A stretch of 64,000 nucleotides of DNA, from NCBI GenBank assembly GCA_963793485.1, contig CAWCAB010000002.1, positions 1,061,055 to 1,125,054 of the forward strand, written 5' to 3'. The translations under genes and the position numbers were made by a program. The notes beneath the pieces were generated by a model. It searched no databases and had not been told where the DNA came from. It worked only from the letters and a program-made list of their open reading frames with translations. The DNA is from an uncultured Bacteroidota bacterium. Lineage in GTDB: Bacteria > Bacteroidota > Bacteroidia > Bacteroidales > B18-G4. This document shows positions 21,718 through 32,198 of this stretch, piece by piece; the first letter of the stretch is position 1; every line of letters begins with the position of its first letter.

Positions 21718-22350
21718 TTATTTTTCAAGAATACTTCCAAAGCTGACCAAGCGGCGTTCAACCCTTAAGTTTGGATTGCTGAAGTAATAACTGGACGTTT
21801 TTATCAATCCCATCCCGTCAGCATAGAAGTTATGGGTGTAATTGATCCCATACGGATACTGGGGGTCCAGCGGGGTAACCGTTCCCCTGAAATTATAGGT
21901 GGGGTAGGTACCCAGGGTAATCGAGATCAGGGAATCCTTGTTAGCCATCTGGTATTCCGTAGTTGCTACATCTGGAATGTCCTCTTCCACACGTAGGATG
22001 TTGGTAAAGTCGTGATCTGAAAACCTGATCATCCCCCCGTGATCTACAAGATACCCATTAGAATCGCGGAGAAACTCAACATGGTTTACATTTTGGATAA
22101 TTAGTTTTTTAAAATACTTCCTGCCGCCAATAAGTGTATCAGCGGTAATAATGCTGCTATCGTATCTAGCTATAAGGCTTTCATTCCCTGAGGTATCAAT
22201 ATTATACCACTGGTAAACCCAATAGTTCCCGATTTCAAGCTGCATATAATCGGCCTCGGGAACCGGGACCAATTGATTTTCTGTGTTGTCTTTTTTACAC
22301 GAAGTAATGATCATGCCGAAAACGGCAAGTAATAAAATAACTCTTTTCAT
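21718..22350 (-). CDS. Hypothetical lipoprotein
   Basis: MKRVILLLAVFGMIITSC-KKD lipobox; YMQLEIGNYWVY and YADGMGLIK motifs. Confidence 0.82.
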   Translation of the reverse strand: MKRVILLLAVFGMIITSCKKDNTENQLVPVPEADYMQLEIGNYWVYQWYNIDTSGNESLIARYDSSIITADTLIGGRKYFKKLIIQNVNHVEFLRDSNGYLVDHGGMIRFSDHDFTNILRVEEDIPDVATTEYQMANKDSLISITLGTYPTYNFRGTVTPLDPQYPYGINYTHNFYADGMGLIKTSSYYFSNPNLRVERRLVSFGSILEK

Positions 22351-22460
22351 AATGTTGGTTTTTAGGTTTGACATTTGGTGATTAGAAAAGAGTATTATGG
22401 ATCATGAAAGTGAATAAGTGGCTAATTGGTTTGAGATTTAACGGTGACAGGATGTATTTA

Positions 22461-23654
22461 TTATATATCCTGTTTCAGGAATTCAACCTGATGAGTAGTG
22501 TCATGAACGATATTCCAGTAGATGGATGATCCCGGTCCTTTATCTTTATTCGTCAGGACGATGAGCGTTTTGGCAGCTTCCATATCGCGGATATAGTATG
22601 CCCGGTAACCTTTCCACCAGCCGAAATGAAAAGCAGTGCTGTCTTCACTTTCCTTGATGCGCCAGCCAAAGCCGTAATTGTCTTTCCTTTTCCAGTATTT
22701 CTTACTGCCCCTGGTAAATGCTTCACTCATGGTTTCTGACGTAACAAGTTGGTTTCCGGTAATGGCCTGATCAAATTTAGCCAGGTCAACGATGCTGGTG
22801 TAAATGCCTTTATCGCCGGTGACCCCATTCAGATATTCATTTCTTACCCTTGTAGGTCTCCAGTTGCGGAAGGTATGTCCCATCACTTCGGTTTCTACAT
22901 AGAATGAAACCACTGTATCCTCATCCATGTTATACACGAAAGAATCATCCATCTCAAGCGGATCGAAGATCCTTTGCTGAACAAAATCTGAGTAGGACAT
23001 ATCGGTGATGGCTTCCACCACGGAGGCTACCAGGGCATAATTGGTATTACAATAATGAAAGCCGTGATCAGGCAGAAAGTATGGTTTTGGGACATGTTCT
23101 TCATACAGGTCAAGCATGTCATTGTTGGTCATCGGGATGGTTTTATTTGTCCATTCCTCGTGGGCCAGCGACATATACCTGCTCAAACCTGATCGGTGTG
23201 TCAGCAATAATCGGGTGGTCACGCTGTCGTAAGGAAAAGCAGGAATATATTCCCTGATGTCGGCATCAAGATCGAGCAAACCGTCTTCTTTCAGGATCAT
23301 GGCCGACATGGCAGCAAACATCTTGGAGACAGAAGCAAGCTGGAAAGGGGAGTTGACAGTCAATGTGTCTTTGGTCCTGAAATTAGATATACCAAACGAT
23401 TTCTGATATATCAGGCAGCCCTTCTCCAAATAGGCAACGGACCCATTGAACCAATAACCCTTCGATAATTTAGTAAAAATACTGTCGATCCACTCTGATT
23501 TAAGTTGTGCGGAGGTGGTGTCATATACAATCTGAGGGCTGATGACAGCGAGCTCGGTATGATTCACCTCATCCTCACCTGGTGCATTATTACATGAGAA
23601 AACGATTGGAAAAAACAGTAATAGTAGTAGTATTAAGCGCAACCACATCTTCAA
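22461..23654 (-). CDS. Serine hydrolase (class C beta-lactamase-like) lipoprotein
   Basis: LASVSK (SxxK), LLTHRSGL, YCN, YGFGW, HFGWWKGY. Confidence 0.9.
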   Translation of the reverse strand: MKMWLRLILLLLLFFPIVFSCNNAPGEDEVNHTELAVISPQIVYDTTSAQLKSEWIDSIFTKLSKGYWFNGSVAYLEKGCLIYQKSFGISNFRTKDTLTVNSPFQLASVSKMFAAMSAMILKEDGLLDLDADIREYIPAFPYDSVTTRLLLTHRSGLSRYMSLAHEEWTNKTIPMTNNDMLDLYEEHVPKPYFLPDHGFHYCNTNYALVASVVEAITDMSYSDFVQQRIFDPLEMDDSFVYNMDEDTVVSFYVETEVMGHTFRNWRPTRVRNEYLNGVTGDKGIYTSIVDLAKFDQAITGNQLVTSETMSEAFTRGSKKYWKRKDNYGFGWRIKESEDSTAFHFGWWKGYRAYYIRDMEAAKTLIVLTNKDKGPGSSIYWNIVHDTTHQVEFLKQDI

Positions 23655-23737
23655 CGAATATTCAGTACTACATTAAACTTTAAAATCAGCTGCAAAAGTA
23701 TATGAAAAAACTATTTTGATGGCTTATTCATGCATTT

Positions 23738-24418
23738 TTATTGGCGCTCAAGCCATTTCAATGCTTCGCGATGGCTTAATCCCGAGAGCTCATGGTTTTG
23801 TACAAAGCGTATCACAAAGCCAGGGTCGGTTTTCGAATACTCCCTGAGGCTCCATCCAATGGCCTTGCGTATGAAAAATTCCTTCGAATCTTTGAGTTTA
23901 TTGATGATGCTGGAAAGCAGGCGGGTGTCGGTATCCAGTTTATATTTCAGCTGGAAGAGTATGCAGCTTCTCTGAAGCCAGATGTTTCCTGACTTCATCC
24001 ATTTGTTCAGGTATTTGGCCCTTTCCTCCGGGTATTCCATGAAATGAAATCCTACCAGCGAGGGAGCGATCAGATCGATGGTATCCCACCAGCTCTGGTC
24101 GGTAATCAATCGCTCATATAGAAAGATGGCGTCATGCCCGACTTTCTTTTTCATCTTCACCATCAGCTCCAAGGCAAAGTATTTATATTCCCGATAGGGA
24201 AACATCCAACATTCCTCCACAATGCTTTCCACCTGTCCAGGCTCAGGCAAACCCTGTTCCTTATAAAATGCTTTGGTCAGCTCTCTCCTGATCGGTGACG
24301 GAAGCCCCAGGTATTCAAACTGATTTTTCATATAGGCCTTCATTTGCAAGGCCTTTTCAGGATCGGCATGCTTTTCAAAAGCATTGATCAGTGGCTGTAA
24401 ATTGTAATCTGCCATCAT
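23738..24418 (-). CDS. DNA alkylation repair protein (AlkD-like)
   Basis: AYMKNQF, SWWDTIDLIA, EFFIRKAIGWSLREYSK. Confidence 0.9.
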   Translation of the reverse strand: MMADYNLQPLINAFEKHADPEKALQMKAYMKNQFEYLGLPSPIRRELTKAFYKEQGLPEPGQVESIVEECWMFPYREYKYFALELMVKMKKKVGHDAIFLYERLITDQSWWDTIDLIAPSLVGFHFMEYPEERAKYLNKWMKSGNIWLQRSCILFQLKYKLDTDTRLLSSIINKLKDSKEFFIRKAIGWSLREYSKTDPGFVIRFVQNHELSGLSHREALKWLERQ

Positions 24419-24421
24419 GCT

Positions 24422-26746
24422 TTACTTGATGTAAACGATCTTTCTGCTGGCTAGAGATTCACTTTTGCTGCCTCTTAATACGGCGAGGTAATTCCCATCC
24501 GGAATACCTGATGGAATCCATGAAAGCGGTTCCCTGTTGTCTTCGATCATAATGCTATCGATTAGCTGCCCGCTGTATGAATAAATATCCAGCCGTTCAG
24601 CATCTTCATTGGCAATCGAAAATGTAAACTTTCCGGAAGATGGATTCGGGAATACCTGGAGGATCTTTTCATCTTCATTTAAGAATGACTCTTCGGTAGA
24701 GGTTGTCAGGTCCCACACACCCATACAATAATCACCTTTCTGCATGTTCTCCACCCACAGGCTCCCATGGGCCCAGGTTCCGTCTTGAGTGAAGTCTACC
24801 TCTGTCCATGGCATACCGGCATCTCTGCGGTATAAAATAACAATGGAGTCGGTAGGACTGGTGATCAAGGTGTTGTCCAGCTTACTCAGGTTATAAGAGA
24901 ACTTACCGGTTGCCTGAAACGGATCAGGGCCTATCCATTTGACTGTCCAGAACCTATAATCAGACTGGCGAAAACCGGGCATTGCTACTTCCAGAGTATC
25001 CGGTGGGGCATAATTATGTGTGGCCTGTATAAATACAGAGTCAGTCACCTGGGTCACATCCATGGTAAAATAGGTTTCCGGGAAAGTGTGGTCTCCGGTC
25101 TCCATAACCACCATATAATTGTCGATGGTGGCATCCATATACCTTTCCTCCAGGTCGAGAAAGACTTCAACAGGTTCAAATGGGACATTTACTGTGTGGT
25201 GCCCGGTTTCACCATTGAAGTGTATGGTATCAGAATATTGATGCCAGTCCTGGGTTTTCACGGTAAATTCAATAATGTTGCGATCTCCCATAAAAGCAGG
25301 TCCGTGACGTCTTTGCTTCACGTAAACAGTTACATCCCAGCTACCCCCGGTCTGCACTACATTGAAGGAGTCGAGTGAATAATTTGGGGTCCCGCCATGA
25401 TATACATAGTTGTTGAAGAATCCACTCATATCCACTCCCGTGTTCTGGCTGAAGTTTGCTTCCATATCGTAGGAAGAAACAGAAGTGAAGGCAAAATCTT
25501 CGAGAAAATCTTTACAGGCTTGAAAAAATACTGCATCACCCAGGTACGCCCTCAGTGCCTGTACCACAGTGGCCCCTTTATCATAAGCACTGGTTCCGTA
25601 AGTATAATCCTGAGGGATATTATTCAGTGGATGGTATCCGTATTCAGAAAAATGACATTTATATAAAACTTCGCTATGCAGATCTCTCATGGCTGTTTTA
25701 TAGGTTTGGGTCCCGTCCAGCACCTCGGTATAGAAATACTGGGCGAAGCTGGCCCAGCCTTCATTGATCCACATCTCTTCGGCTTTATCACAGGTGACCT
25801 TATCTCCGAACCACATATGGAAAAGCTCATGGACATACAGGCTTTCATATGCATTATTACCATTAATTGCAAAATGCGGATAGGCTATGTTTGTGGCATG
25901 CTCCATGGCCCCTATATCAGTACCTACATAGCCAATGCGGTGCCAGTCGTATGCCCCAAACCTGTTCTCAAACAGTCCTATAACATTATGCATGCGGGCA
26001 AAAGTCCCGGGCACCTGCAGAGTATCCTGGGGGAGCACGTAATAAGTGATCGGAATATCCCTTTCGATGCCGGTATATGTATCCATAACCAACCCATAAT
26101 CGCCTATGGCAATAGATACAAGATAAGTAGGTATTGGATTGCCGATATACCAGCGGTAAGTATGTGTTCCGTTTCCATTATCGATAAGTTCCAGTAATCG
26201 CCCTCCTCCAATGGCTTTTTGACTGTCAGGAACCGTGGCTTTTACCTCGTAAACTGCCCTGTCGGTGAAGTCATCTATACAGGGGAACCATGCCTGACCC
26301 AGGTTGTGAGGGATCCAACTTATGCCCACGCCCAGATTAAAAGAGTATGTGCCGTCAAAATGATAACCTCCCCAGCTTTCATGAAAAGGCACACCATGGT
26401 AATACACCACAACATCAGTGGTATCTCCCGGTGAAATGGGTGCCGTTAAGGGTATGTTAATGATCTCATTCGTATGGGTGAATGATGTATTTTTCACCAT
26501 ATTCACAAAAACAGAATCAACAGTCAGATCCATTAATTGCAACTGGATGATGTCGAGCATATTCACCAGGGGTAAGAGTGTGATCGTTGTGTTGGCAGTG
26601 ATGGTTTTCGTGTCCGGATCGACTTCCTCCAGATCAATGACATATTTAACTGCGTGAATGCTATCGCCCGGCGTTATCTGACTGATGGCCTGAGTTGAGA
26701 ATACTAATATTGCAATGAAGATAGATAAAAGGCTACGGATATTCAT
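24422..26746 (-). CDS. M1 family aminopeptidase with T9SS sorting domain
   Basis: GAMEH, HELFHMW...WINEG, AYDKGA; C-terminal VFPNPSSG. Confidence 0.92.
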   Translation of the reverse strand: MNIRSLLSIFIAILVFSTQAISQITPGDSIHAVKYVIDLEEVDPDTKTITANTTITLLPLVNMLDIIQLQLMDLTVDSVFVNMVKNTSFTHTNEIINIPLTAPISPGDTTDVVVYYHGVPFHESWGGYHFDGTYSFNLGVGISWIPHNLGQAWFPCIDDFTDRAVYEVKATVPDSQKAIGGGRLLELIDNGNGTHTYRWYIGNPIPTYLVSIAIGDYGLVMDTYTGIERDIPITYYVLPQDTLQVPGTFARMHNVIGLFENRFGAYDWHRIGYVGTDIGAMEHATNIAYPHFAINGNNAYESLYVHELFHMWFGDKVTCDKAEEMWINEGWASFAQYFYTEVLDGTQTYKTAMRDLHSEVLYKCHFSEYGYHPLNNIPQDYTYGTSAYDKGATVVQALRAYLGDAVFFQACKDFLEDFAFTSVSSYDMEANFSQNTGVDMSGFFNNYVYHGGTPNYSLDSFNVVQTGGSWDVTVYVKQRRHGPAFMGDRNIIEFTVKTQDWHQYSDTIHFNGETGHHTVNVPFEPVEVFLDLEERYMDATIDNYMVVMETGDHTFPETYFTMDVTQVTDSVFIQATHNYAPPDTLEVAMPGFRQSDYRFWTVKWIGPDPFQATGKFSYNLSKLDNTLITSPTDSIVILYRRDAGMPWTEVDFTQDGTWAHGSLWVENMQKGDYCMGVWDLTTSTEESFLNEDEKILQVFPNPSSGKFTFSIANEDAERLDIYSYSGQLIDSIMIEDNREPLSWIPSGIPDGNYLAVLRGSKSESLASRKIVYIK

Positions 26747-26995
26747 GGGTCTTGGTTTTGAAAAGATAATAATCATTCCCATAAGGGGTAAAACAAATGT
26801 AGTGAATAATTTATACATTTGGTCTTTGAAGAGAAAGGGAGATATAGGTGTTCGGTATTGAACAGCAAGATGAAGAAAGCGAACACTTTTTTAACCTCAT
26901 TTTCGTAATTGGCTTTGCTACTGTTTGCAAACCAGAAGTTTAGCAAAGTGGCATATTTTTAGATGCATATAGTGAAATTTAAAAACCAGATAACA

Positions 26996-28462
26996 ATGAT
27001 TAAGATTGTATCACTCAGAGGACTTACTTTTCCACGATTGCTGATCACAGGTATTATCCTAAGCATGATCATGCTGATCATGAGTGCAAGCCAGATGAAA
27101 GCGCAGACTTTATGGTCGCTTCAGGATTGTATCAATTATGCGTTTGAGCATAACCTCGACATCAAGCAGCAGGTTCTTGTTGTGGAAACCAACAAAGCTA
27201 ATCTCCTTCAGACCAAACTGAACACACTTCCCAGCATCAATGCAGGGGGGAGCATGGTGAATAACTGGGGGCGTACCATTGACCAGTACACCAATGAGTT
27301 TGCCACCAACAGGGTTCGTTCGGATAACCTTTACATCCAGGGAAATATTACCCTGTTCAGCGGTCTGCAAAAGGTTAATATGATTAAACGTAATCAGCTT
27401 ACGGTGCAACATTCAGAGTTCTCGCTCGATGACCTTCTGGATAACATCTCTCTCACTGTGGCGGGCTATTACCTGGATATACTCTTTAACAGGGAACTCT
27501 TGGTGATCGCCAGTGAACAGCTTTTGGTTACAGAGCAGCAGGTCAATCGCATGGAAAAGCTGGTTGATGCCGGGACCCTGGCAAAAGGCGACCTTCTGAA
27601 CATACAGGCGCAGCAGGCCCGTGAAGAATTACAGGTGATCGAGGCGGAAAACAGGCTGGAAATCTCATATCTGACTCTGCAACAATTGATCGATTACCCT
27701 GTTGATGAAGACTTTGATGTGCAGATTCCTCGCCTAAAGTCGGTAGAGGCTCCATCGATTGAGATTACCTCCGACCAGATCTATGGTTATGCGGTGCTCA
27801 ACAGGCCTGAAGTGAAGCTGGCAGAACTCAGTGTAGATATTGCTCACAGAGATATTGCCCTGGCACGCGGACAACAGAGTCCGGTTTTCAGCCTGGGAGG
27901 ATCATGGGGCAGTGGGTATTCCGGTTTGAATACGATTGGATCAAACCCGGTCAGCATCGAACAGCAGATCGGAGTCACCGAAAGCGGAGAAGCAGTATAT
28001 ACTTCTTATACGCAATACCAGGATTTCAACACAAAGGCCTGGGGTGACCAGCTGAGCGACAATAATAACCGCTCGGTGGGATTTTATCTGAATATTCCAA
28101 TCTTTAACGGATGGCAGGTAAGGAATAGCATTACCAGAGCAAAGATTGCAGAAGAAAGTGCACAGTACGACCTGCAAAAGACCAAAAATAATCTGAGAAA
28201 GGTCATCCAGCAAGCATATGCAGATGCTGTTGCCGCTTTAAAGAGGTATGGATCTTCATTAAAGCAGGTTGAAGCCCAGAGTGAGGCATTCAAGTACGCG
28301 GAGCAGAAATTCGATGTGGGTTTACTCAACTCTGTTGAATACAATGAGATCAAAAAAGAACTGACGCTTGCACAGTCAGACTTGCTGCAGGCTAAATATG
28401 ATTATATCTTCAAGACAACTATATTAAGCTTTTACATGGGTAACCCTTTGTCTATTGAATAA
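26996..28462 (+). CDS. TolC family outer membrane protein
   Basis: WSLQDCINYAFEHN, LNIPIFNG, AKYDYIFK; signal peptide. Confidence 0.92.
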   Translation: MIKIVSLRGLTFPRLLITGIILSMIMLIMSASQMKAQTLWSLQDCINYAFEHNLDIKQQVLVVETNKANLLQTKLNTLPSINAGGSMVNNWGRTIDQYTNEFATNRVRSDNLYIQGNITLFSGLQKVNMIKRNQLTVQHSEFSLDDLLDNISLTVAGYYLDILFNRELLVIASEQLLVTEQQVNRMEKLVDAGTLAKGDLLNIQAQQAREELQVIEAENRLEISYLTLQQLIDYPVDEDFDVQIPRLKSVEAPSIEITSDQIYGYAVLNRPEVKLAELSVDIAHRDIALARGQQSPVFSLGGSWGSGYSGLNTIGSNPVSIEQQIGVTESGEAVYTSYTQYQDFNTKAWGDQLSDNNNRSVGFYLNIPIFNGWQVRNSITRAKIAEESAQYDLQKTKNNLRKVIQQAYADAVAALKRYGSSLKQVEAQSEAFKYAEQKFDVGLLNSVEYNEIKKELTLAQSDLLQAKYDYIFKTTILSFYMGNPLSIE

Positions 28463-28567
28463 GACACATTCATGTATTTGATATCAATAAGTTGGCTAAT
28501 TTAGCAAGTCGTTTCGCCGGTATTGGCGAAAGGGCTTGCAGTATTAAACGAATAAACCTATTGCCTA

Positions 28568-29890
28568 ATGTTTAAGAAGAAAAAAACCTGGATCATCATC
28601 ATCATATTATTGTTGGTGGTGCTTGTCATTTTTGCCGTCAACAAAGGAAGCTCCAGCCGGGGACTACCTGTGAGTGTTGAAGCGGCAAAACTTGGCGATA
28701 TTATTGAAACCGTTTCTGCAAACGGTAAGATACAACCTGCTCAGGATGTGGTCATCAGCCCGTATATCTCAGGAGAGGTGGTTGAATTGTACGTGAAAGA
28801 AGGAGATGAGGTAATGGAAGGCGACCTTCTGGCCAAAATTGACCCGGAGATCTATATCTCTGCATACGAGAGGGCGGAGGCCAATGTGAACTCCCAGCTG
28901 GCCAACCTGGCCAATGCAAAGGCACGCCTTGCCCAGTCGGAAGCATCCTTTAAGAATGCACGAGTTTCTTATGAAAGGAACAAGTCCCTCTGGGAACAGG
29001 ATGTCATCTCACAATCGGAATACGATGGTATCGTTGCCAATTATGAAATGGCAAAGGCAGATGTAGATGCTGCAAAACAAACGGTAGCCAGTGCAGAGTT
29101 TAGCATTAGCAGTGCAAAAGCAACACAGCGTGAGGCCCAGGATAATCTCACCAAAACAACAGTATCAGCTCCCAGGTCCGGAACAGTATCAAAACTGAAT
29201 GTAGAAAAAGGAGAAAGAGTTGCAGGAGCTTCACAGTTCTCGGCAGGTACAGAGATTATGCGAATTGCCAACCTACAGCATATGGAGGTGAACGTGGAGG
29301 TGAATGAGAATGACATTGTCAGGGTATCCTTGTATGATACCTGCACCATCGAAGTGGATGCCTACCTGAACGAAGAGTTCATGGGAGTAGTCACCGAGAT
29401 TGCTACATCAGCCAATACCCTTGGGGTTAGCGCAGAGCAGGTCACCAACTTTGATGTGAAGATCCTGGTATTGCCCGAATCTTATGCAAATCTCATCCCT
29501 GAGGATAATCCTAAATTCTCACCGCTCAGGCCGGGAATGTCAGCAACAGTGGAGATCCGTACGGAATATGCCGATGATGTTCTTCTGATTCCTATTGGTG
29601 CCGTAACAACTAGAAGCGATACTACCGAGAATGAACAGCCAGAACCCAATATGGATGAACAGGATAAGAAAAAGGACTTTGTAGAGGTAGTATTCGTATA
29701 TGATGAGGGTTTTGCCCGAATGCAGGAAGTAGTCATTGGCATACAAGACAATACCAACATTCAGATCAAGGAAGGCCTTGAAGAAGGTGATGAAGTTGTC
29801 ACCGGGCCATACAGCCTTGTTTCCAAGAGTCTCAGGGATGGTAATGAGTTGAAGAAAACAGAGCGGAAAGACCTGTACAAGGAAGATTAG
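28568..29890 (+). CDS. Efflux periplasmic adaptor subunit (MacA-like)
   Basis: N-terminal TM, VKEGDEV lipoyl halves, helical hairpin, LRPGMSA, GLEEGDEVVTG. Confidence 0.92.
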   Translation: MFKKKKTWIIIIILLLVVLVIFAVNKGSSSRGLPVSVEAAKLGDIIETVSANGKIQPAQDVVISPYISGEVVELYVKEGDEVMEGDLLAKIDPEIYISAYERAEANVNSQLANLANAKARLAQSEASFKNARVSYERNKSLWEQDVISQSEYDGIVANYEMAKADVDAAKQTVASAEFSISSAKATQREAQDNLTKTTVSAPRSGTVSKLNVEKGERVAGASQFSAGTEIMRIANLQHMEVNVEVNENDIVRVSLYDTCTIEVDAYLNEEFMGVVTEIATSANTLGVSAEQVTNFDVKILVLPESYANLIPEDNPKFSPLRPGMSATVEIRTEYADDVLLIPIGAVTTRSDTTENEQPEPNMDEQDKKKDFVEVVFVYDEGFARMQEVVIGIQDNTNIQIKEGLEEGDEVVTGPYSLVSKSLRDGNELKKTERKDLYKED

Positions 29891-29914
29891 CTGAGCTGCT
29901 AACATTTCCCCTTT

Positions 29915-30610
29915 ATGTCCCTTATATTAAATATAGAAACCGCTACTCAGTTTTGCTCGGTCGGGCTTGCTGATCAAGGCAGGATTCTTGCCGTAAGGGA
30001 AAGCAATGAGAAGAATATCCATGCATCAAAAGTCACAGTTTTTTCAGAGGAGGTCTGCCAGGAGGCCGGAATAAGCATGCAGGAACTCGATGCTATTGCC
30101 GTGAGCATGGGTCCCGGTTCTTATACAGGCTTGCGCATCGGTGTATCCGCAGCCAAGGGATTTTGCTATGCCCTGGATATTCCCCTGCTCGCTGTACCAA
30201 CACTGCAATCGATGGCCCTGAAAGCGGCCATGATTTATGATTACGGAAGAGAAGTGCTGTATTGTCCCATGATCGATGCCAGAAGAATGGAAGTATATAC
30301 CGCACTTTTTGATAAGGATAATATAGAGCTTCGGAAGACAGAGGCATTGATTGTTGATGAAACAGCATTTGATGAGGAACTAAAAAAATATGAGATTTTG
30401 TATTTCGGTGATGGTGCAGAGAAGTGCAGAGAGGTGCTTGACCCGAAAGGAATGAAATTCATTGAAGATGTAAATCCTTCAGCTGACGTCATGGCCATCA
30501 TTTCCAATAATAAGTTTATTGCCGGGACTTTTGAGGACCTGGCCTATTTTGAGCCTTATTACCTCAAGGATTTTATTGCAGGCAAACCAAGAGTAAAAGG
30601 GCTGAGGTGA
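29915..30610 (+). CDS. tsaB: tRNA threonylcarbamoyltransferase subunit TsaB
   Basis: ILNIETAT, GPGSYTGLRIG, MIDARRMEVY, FEPYYLK. Confidence 0.96.
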   Translation: MSLILNIETATQFCSVGLADQGRILAVRESNEKNIHASKVTVFSEEVCQEAGISMQELDAIAVSMGPGSYTGLRIGVSAAKGFCYALDIPLLAVPTLQSMALKAAMIYDYGREVLYCPMIDARRMEVYTALFDKDNIELRKTEALIVDETAFDEELKKYEILYFGDGAEKCREVLDPKGMKFIEDVNPSADVMAIISNNKFIAGTFEDLAYFEPYYLKDFIAGKPRVKGLR

Positions 30611-30640
30611 TATCAGATACCAGATACCAGAAGAGCGAAA

Positions 30641-31681
30641 TCAGAAGTATTTTTTTCGAAGCCAGAAAGCTACATGAACCAGGGCCAGTAATACAGGCAC
30701 TTCAACTAATGGTCCTATCACGGTTGCAAAGGCTTCCTGCGAACTGATTCCAAACACCATAATTGCTACAGCAATGGCCAGCTCAAAGTTATTTGAGGCT
30801 GCAGTGAAGGCAATGGTGGTAGTACGTTCGTAATCGGCACCTATCTTTTTTCCCATAAAAAATGATACCAGGAACATGATCACAAAATAAATGACCAGCG
30901 GGATGGCGATCCGTACCACATCCAGAGGAAGTGAGATGATATTATCTCCCTGGTATGAAAACATTACAACAATGGTAAACAGAAGGGCAATGAGGGTGAT
31001 GGGGCTGATCAACGGAATGAACTTCTTGTGATACCAGTCCTTGCTATTTACCCGGATTAGGATGAACCTTGTCAGGAATCCTGCAATAAATGGGATGCCG
31101 AGGTATATAAATACGCTTTTGGCGATGATGGCAATGGTCACAGGTACTTCCACCGAAGCAATCCCGAACCATGTTGGCAGTACAGTGATAAAGATCCAGG
31201 CAAACAATGAAAAAAACAGGATTTGGAAGATGGAATTAAACGCCACCAGGCCTGCAGCATATTCATTGCTCCCTTCTGCCAGCTCATTCCATACGATCAC
31301 CATGGCAATGCAGCGGGCCAGGCCAATCAGGATCAGTCCATACATATAACCAGGGTAATCATGCAAAAAGATGATCGCCAGCAGAAACATCAACACTGGG
31401 CCTATAATCCAGTTCTGAACCAGGGATAAGCCCAGGATCTTTACATTCGAAAATACTTTGGGTAATTCTTCATACCTGACCTTTGCCAGCGGAGGGTACA
31501 TCATGAGGATAAGTCCTATGGCAATTGGGATATTAGTGTCATTTACGACCATCCCACCCCAGAAATCCTTGATGCCGGGGTAAAAATATCCCCACAATAC
31601 TCCTGCAAACATTCCCAGGAAGATCCAGATGGTGAGGTATCTGTCTAAGAATGAAAGTTTTTTCTTTTGTGTTGTACTCAT
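30641..31681 (-). CDS. acr3: ACR3 family arsenite efflux transporter
   Basis: [51 protein letters not shown]. Confidence 0.96.
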   Translation of the reverse strand: MSTTQKKKLSFLDRYLTIWIFLGMFAGVLWGYFYPGIKDFWGGMVVNDTNIPIAIGLILMMYPPLAKVRYEELPKVFSNVKILGLSLVQNWIIGPVLMFLLAIIFLHDYPGYMYGLILIGLARCIAMVIVWNELAEGSNEYAAGLVAFNSIFQILFFSLFAWIFITVLPTWFGIASVEVPVTIAIIAKSVFIYLGIPFIAGFLTRFILIRVNSKDWYHKKFIPLISPITLIALLFTIVVMFSYQGDNIISLPLDVVRIAIPLVIYFVIMFLVSFFMGKKIGADYERTTTIAFTAASNNFELAIAVAIMVFGISSQEAFATVIGPLVEVPVLLALVHVAFWLRKKYF

Positions 31682-31687
31682 GTTTTT

Positions 31688-31775
31688 GGAGTTTGGAGTG
31701 CCTAGAGTGAACTAAAGTGCCTAAAGTTGATCAATGAATTAACTTTAGCTCACTCCAAACTTTAGGCACTCTAAG
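31688..31775. repeat. Inverted arrangement of 9/10-mer repeats (AGTGCCTAA / TTAGGCACT) between arsC and acr3
   Basis: GGAGTGCCTAGAGTGAACTAAAGTGCCTAAAGTT ... AACTTTAGCTCACTCCAAACTTTAGGCACTCTAAG. Confidence 0.75.
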
Positions 31776-32190
31776 TACTTCTTCCCAGCTTATCCCATCT
31801 TTCAAATGCTGATCTGATCTGATCCCTCACTTGACGGTACACCGGCATCACCTCTTCTTCAGTGCCCCTGGCAGTCGCCGGGTCATCGAAGCCCATATGC
31901 AAACGATTTTTAACGTTTCCGGTGAAGACCGGGCAGATTTCTTTGGCTCCGTCACATACGGTAATGACGTAGTCGAAGGCTTTATCTAAATATTTTGAGA
32001 CAGCTTCAGGCTGTTGCTTGCTGATATCAATACCAATCTCTCTCATAGCCATTACTGCATAAAGATTGACTTTTCCTTCTGCAATAGTTCCGGCTGAATA
32101 CACTTCCAACTTAGGATCGAGTGAGCGTAAAAAGCCTTCTGCCATCTGACTTCGACAGGTATTGCCTGTGCAAATAACAAGGATTTTCAT
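31771..32190 (-). CDS. arsC: Arsenate reductase (LMW-PTP/thioredoxin-coupled type)
   Basis: CTGNTCRSQMAEG, ITVC, CPVF, FDDPA. Confidence 0.95.
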   Translation of the reverse strand: MKILVICTGNTCRSQMAEGFLRSLDPKLEVYSAGTIAEGKVNLYAVMAMREIGIDISKQQPEAVSKYLDKAFDYVITVCDGAKEICPVFTGNVKNRLHMGFDDPATARGTEEEVMPVYRQVRDQIRSAFERWDKLGRST

Positions 32191-32198
32191 TTCTTGAC

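Noticed and set aside
26996-29890. TolC plus adaptor without an inner-membrane pump as a novel system
   Set aside because: This arrangement next to tsaB is common in Bacteroidota as far as I recall; the ABC partner is probably encoded elsewhere.
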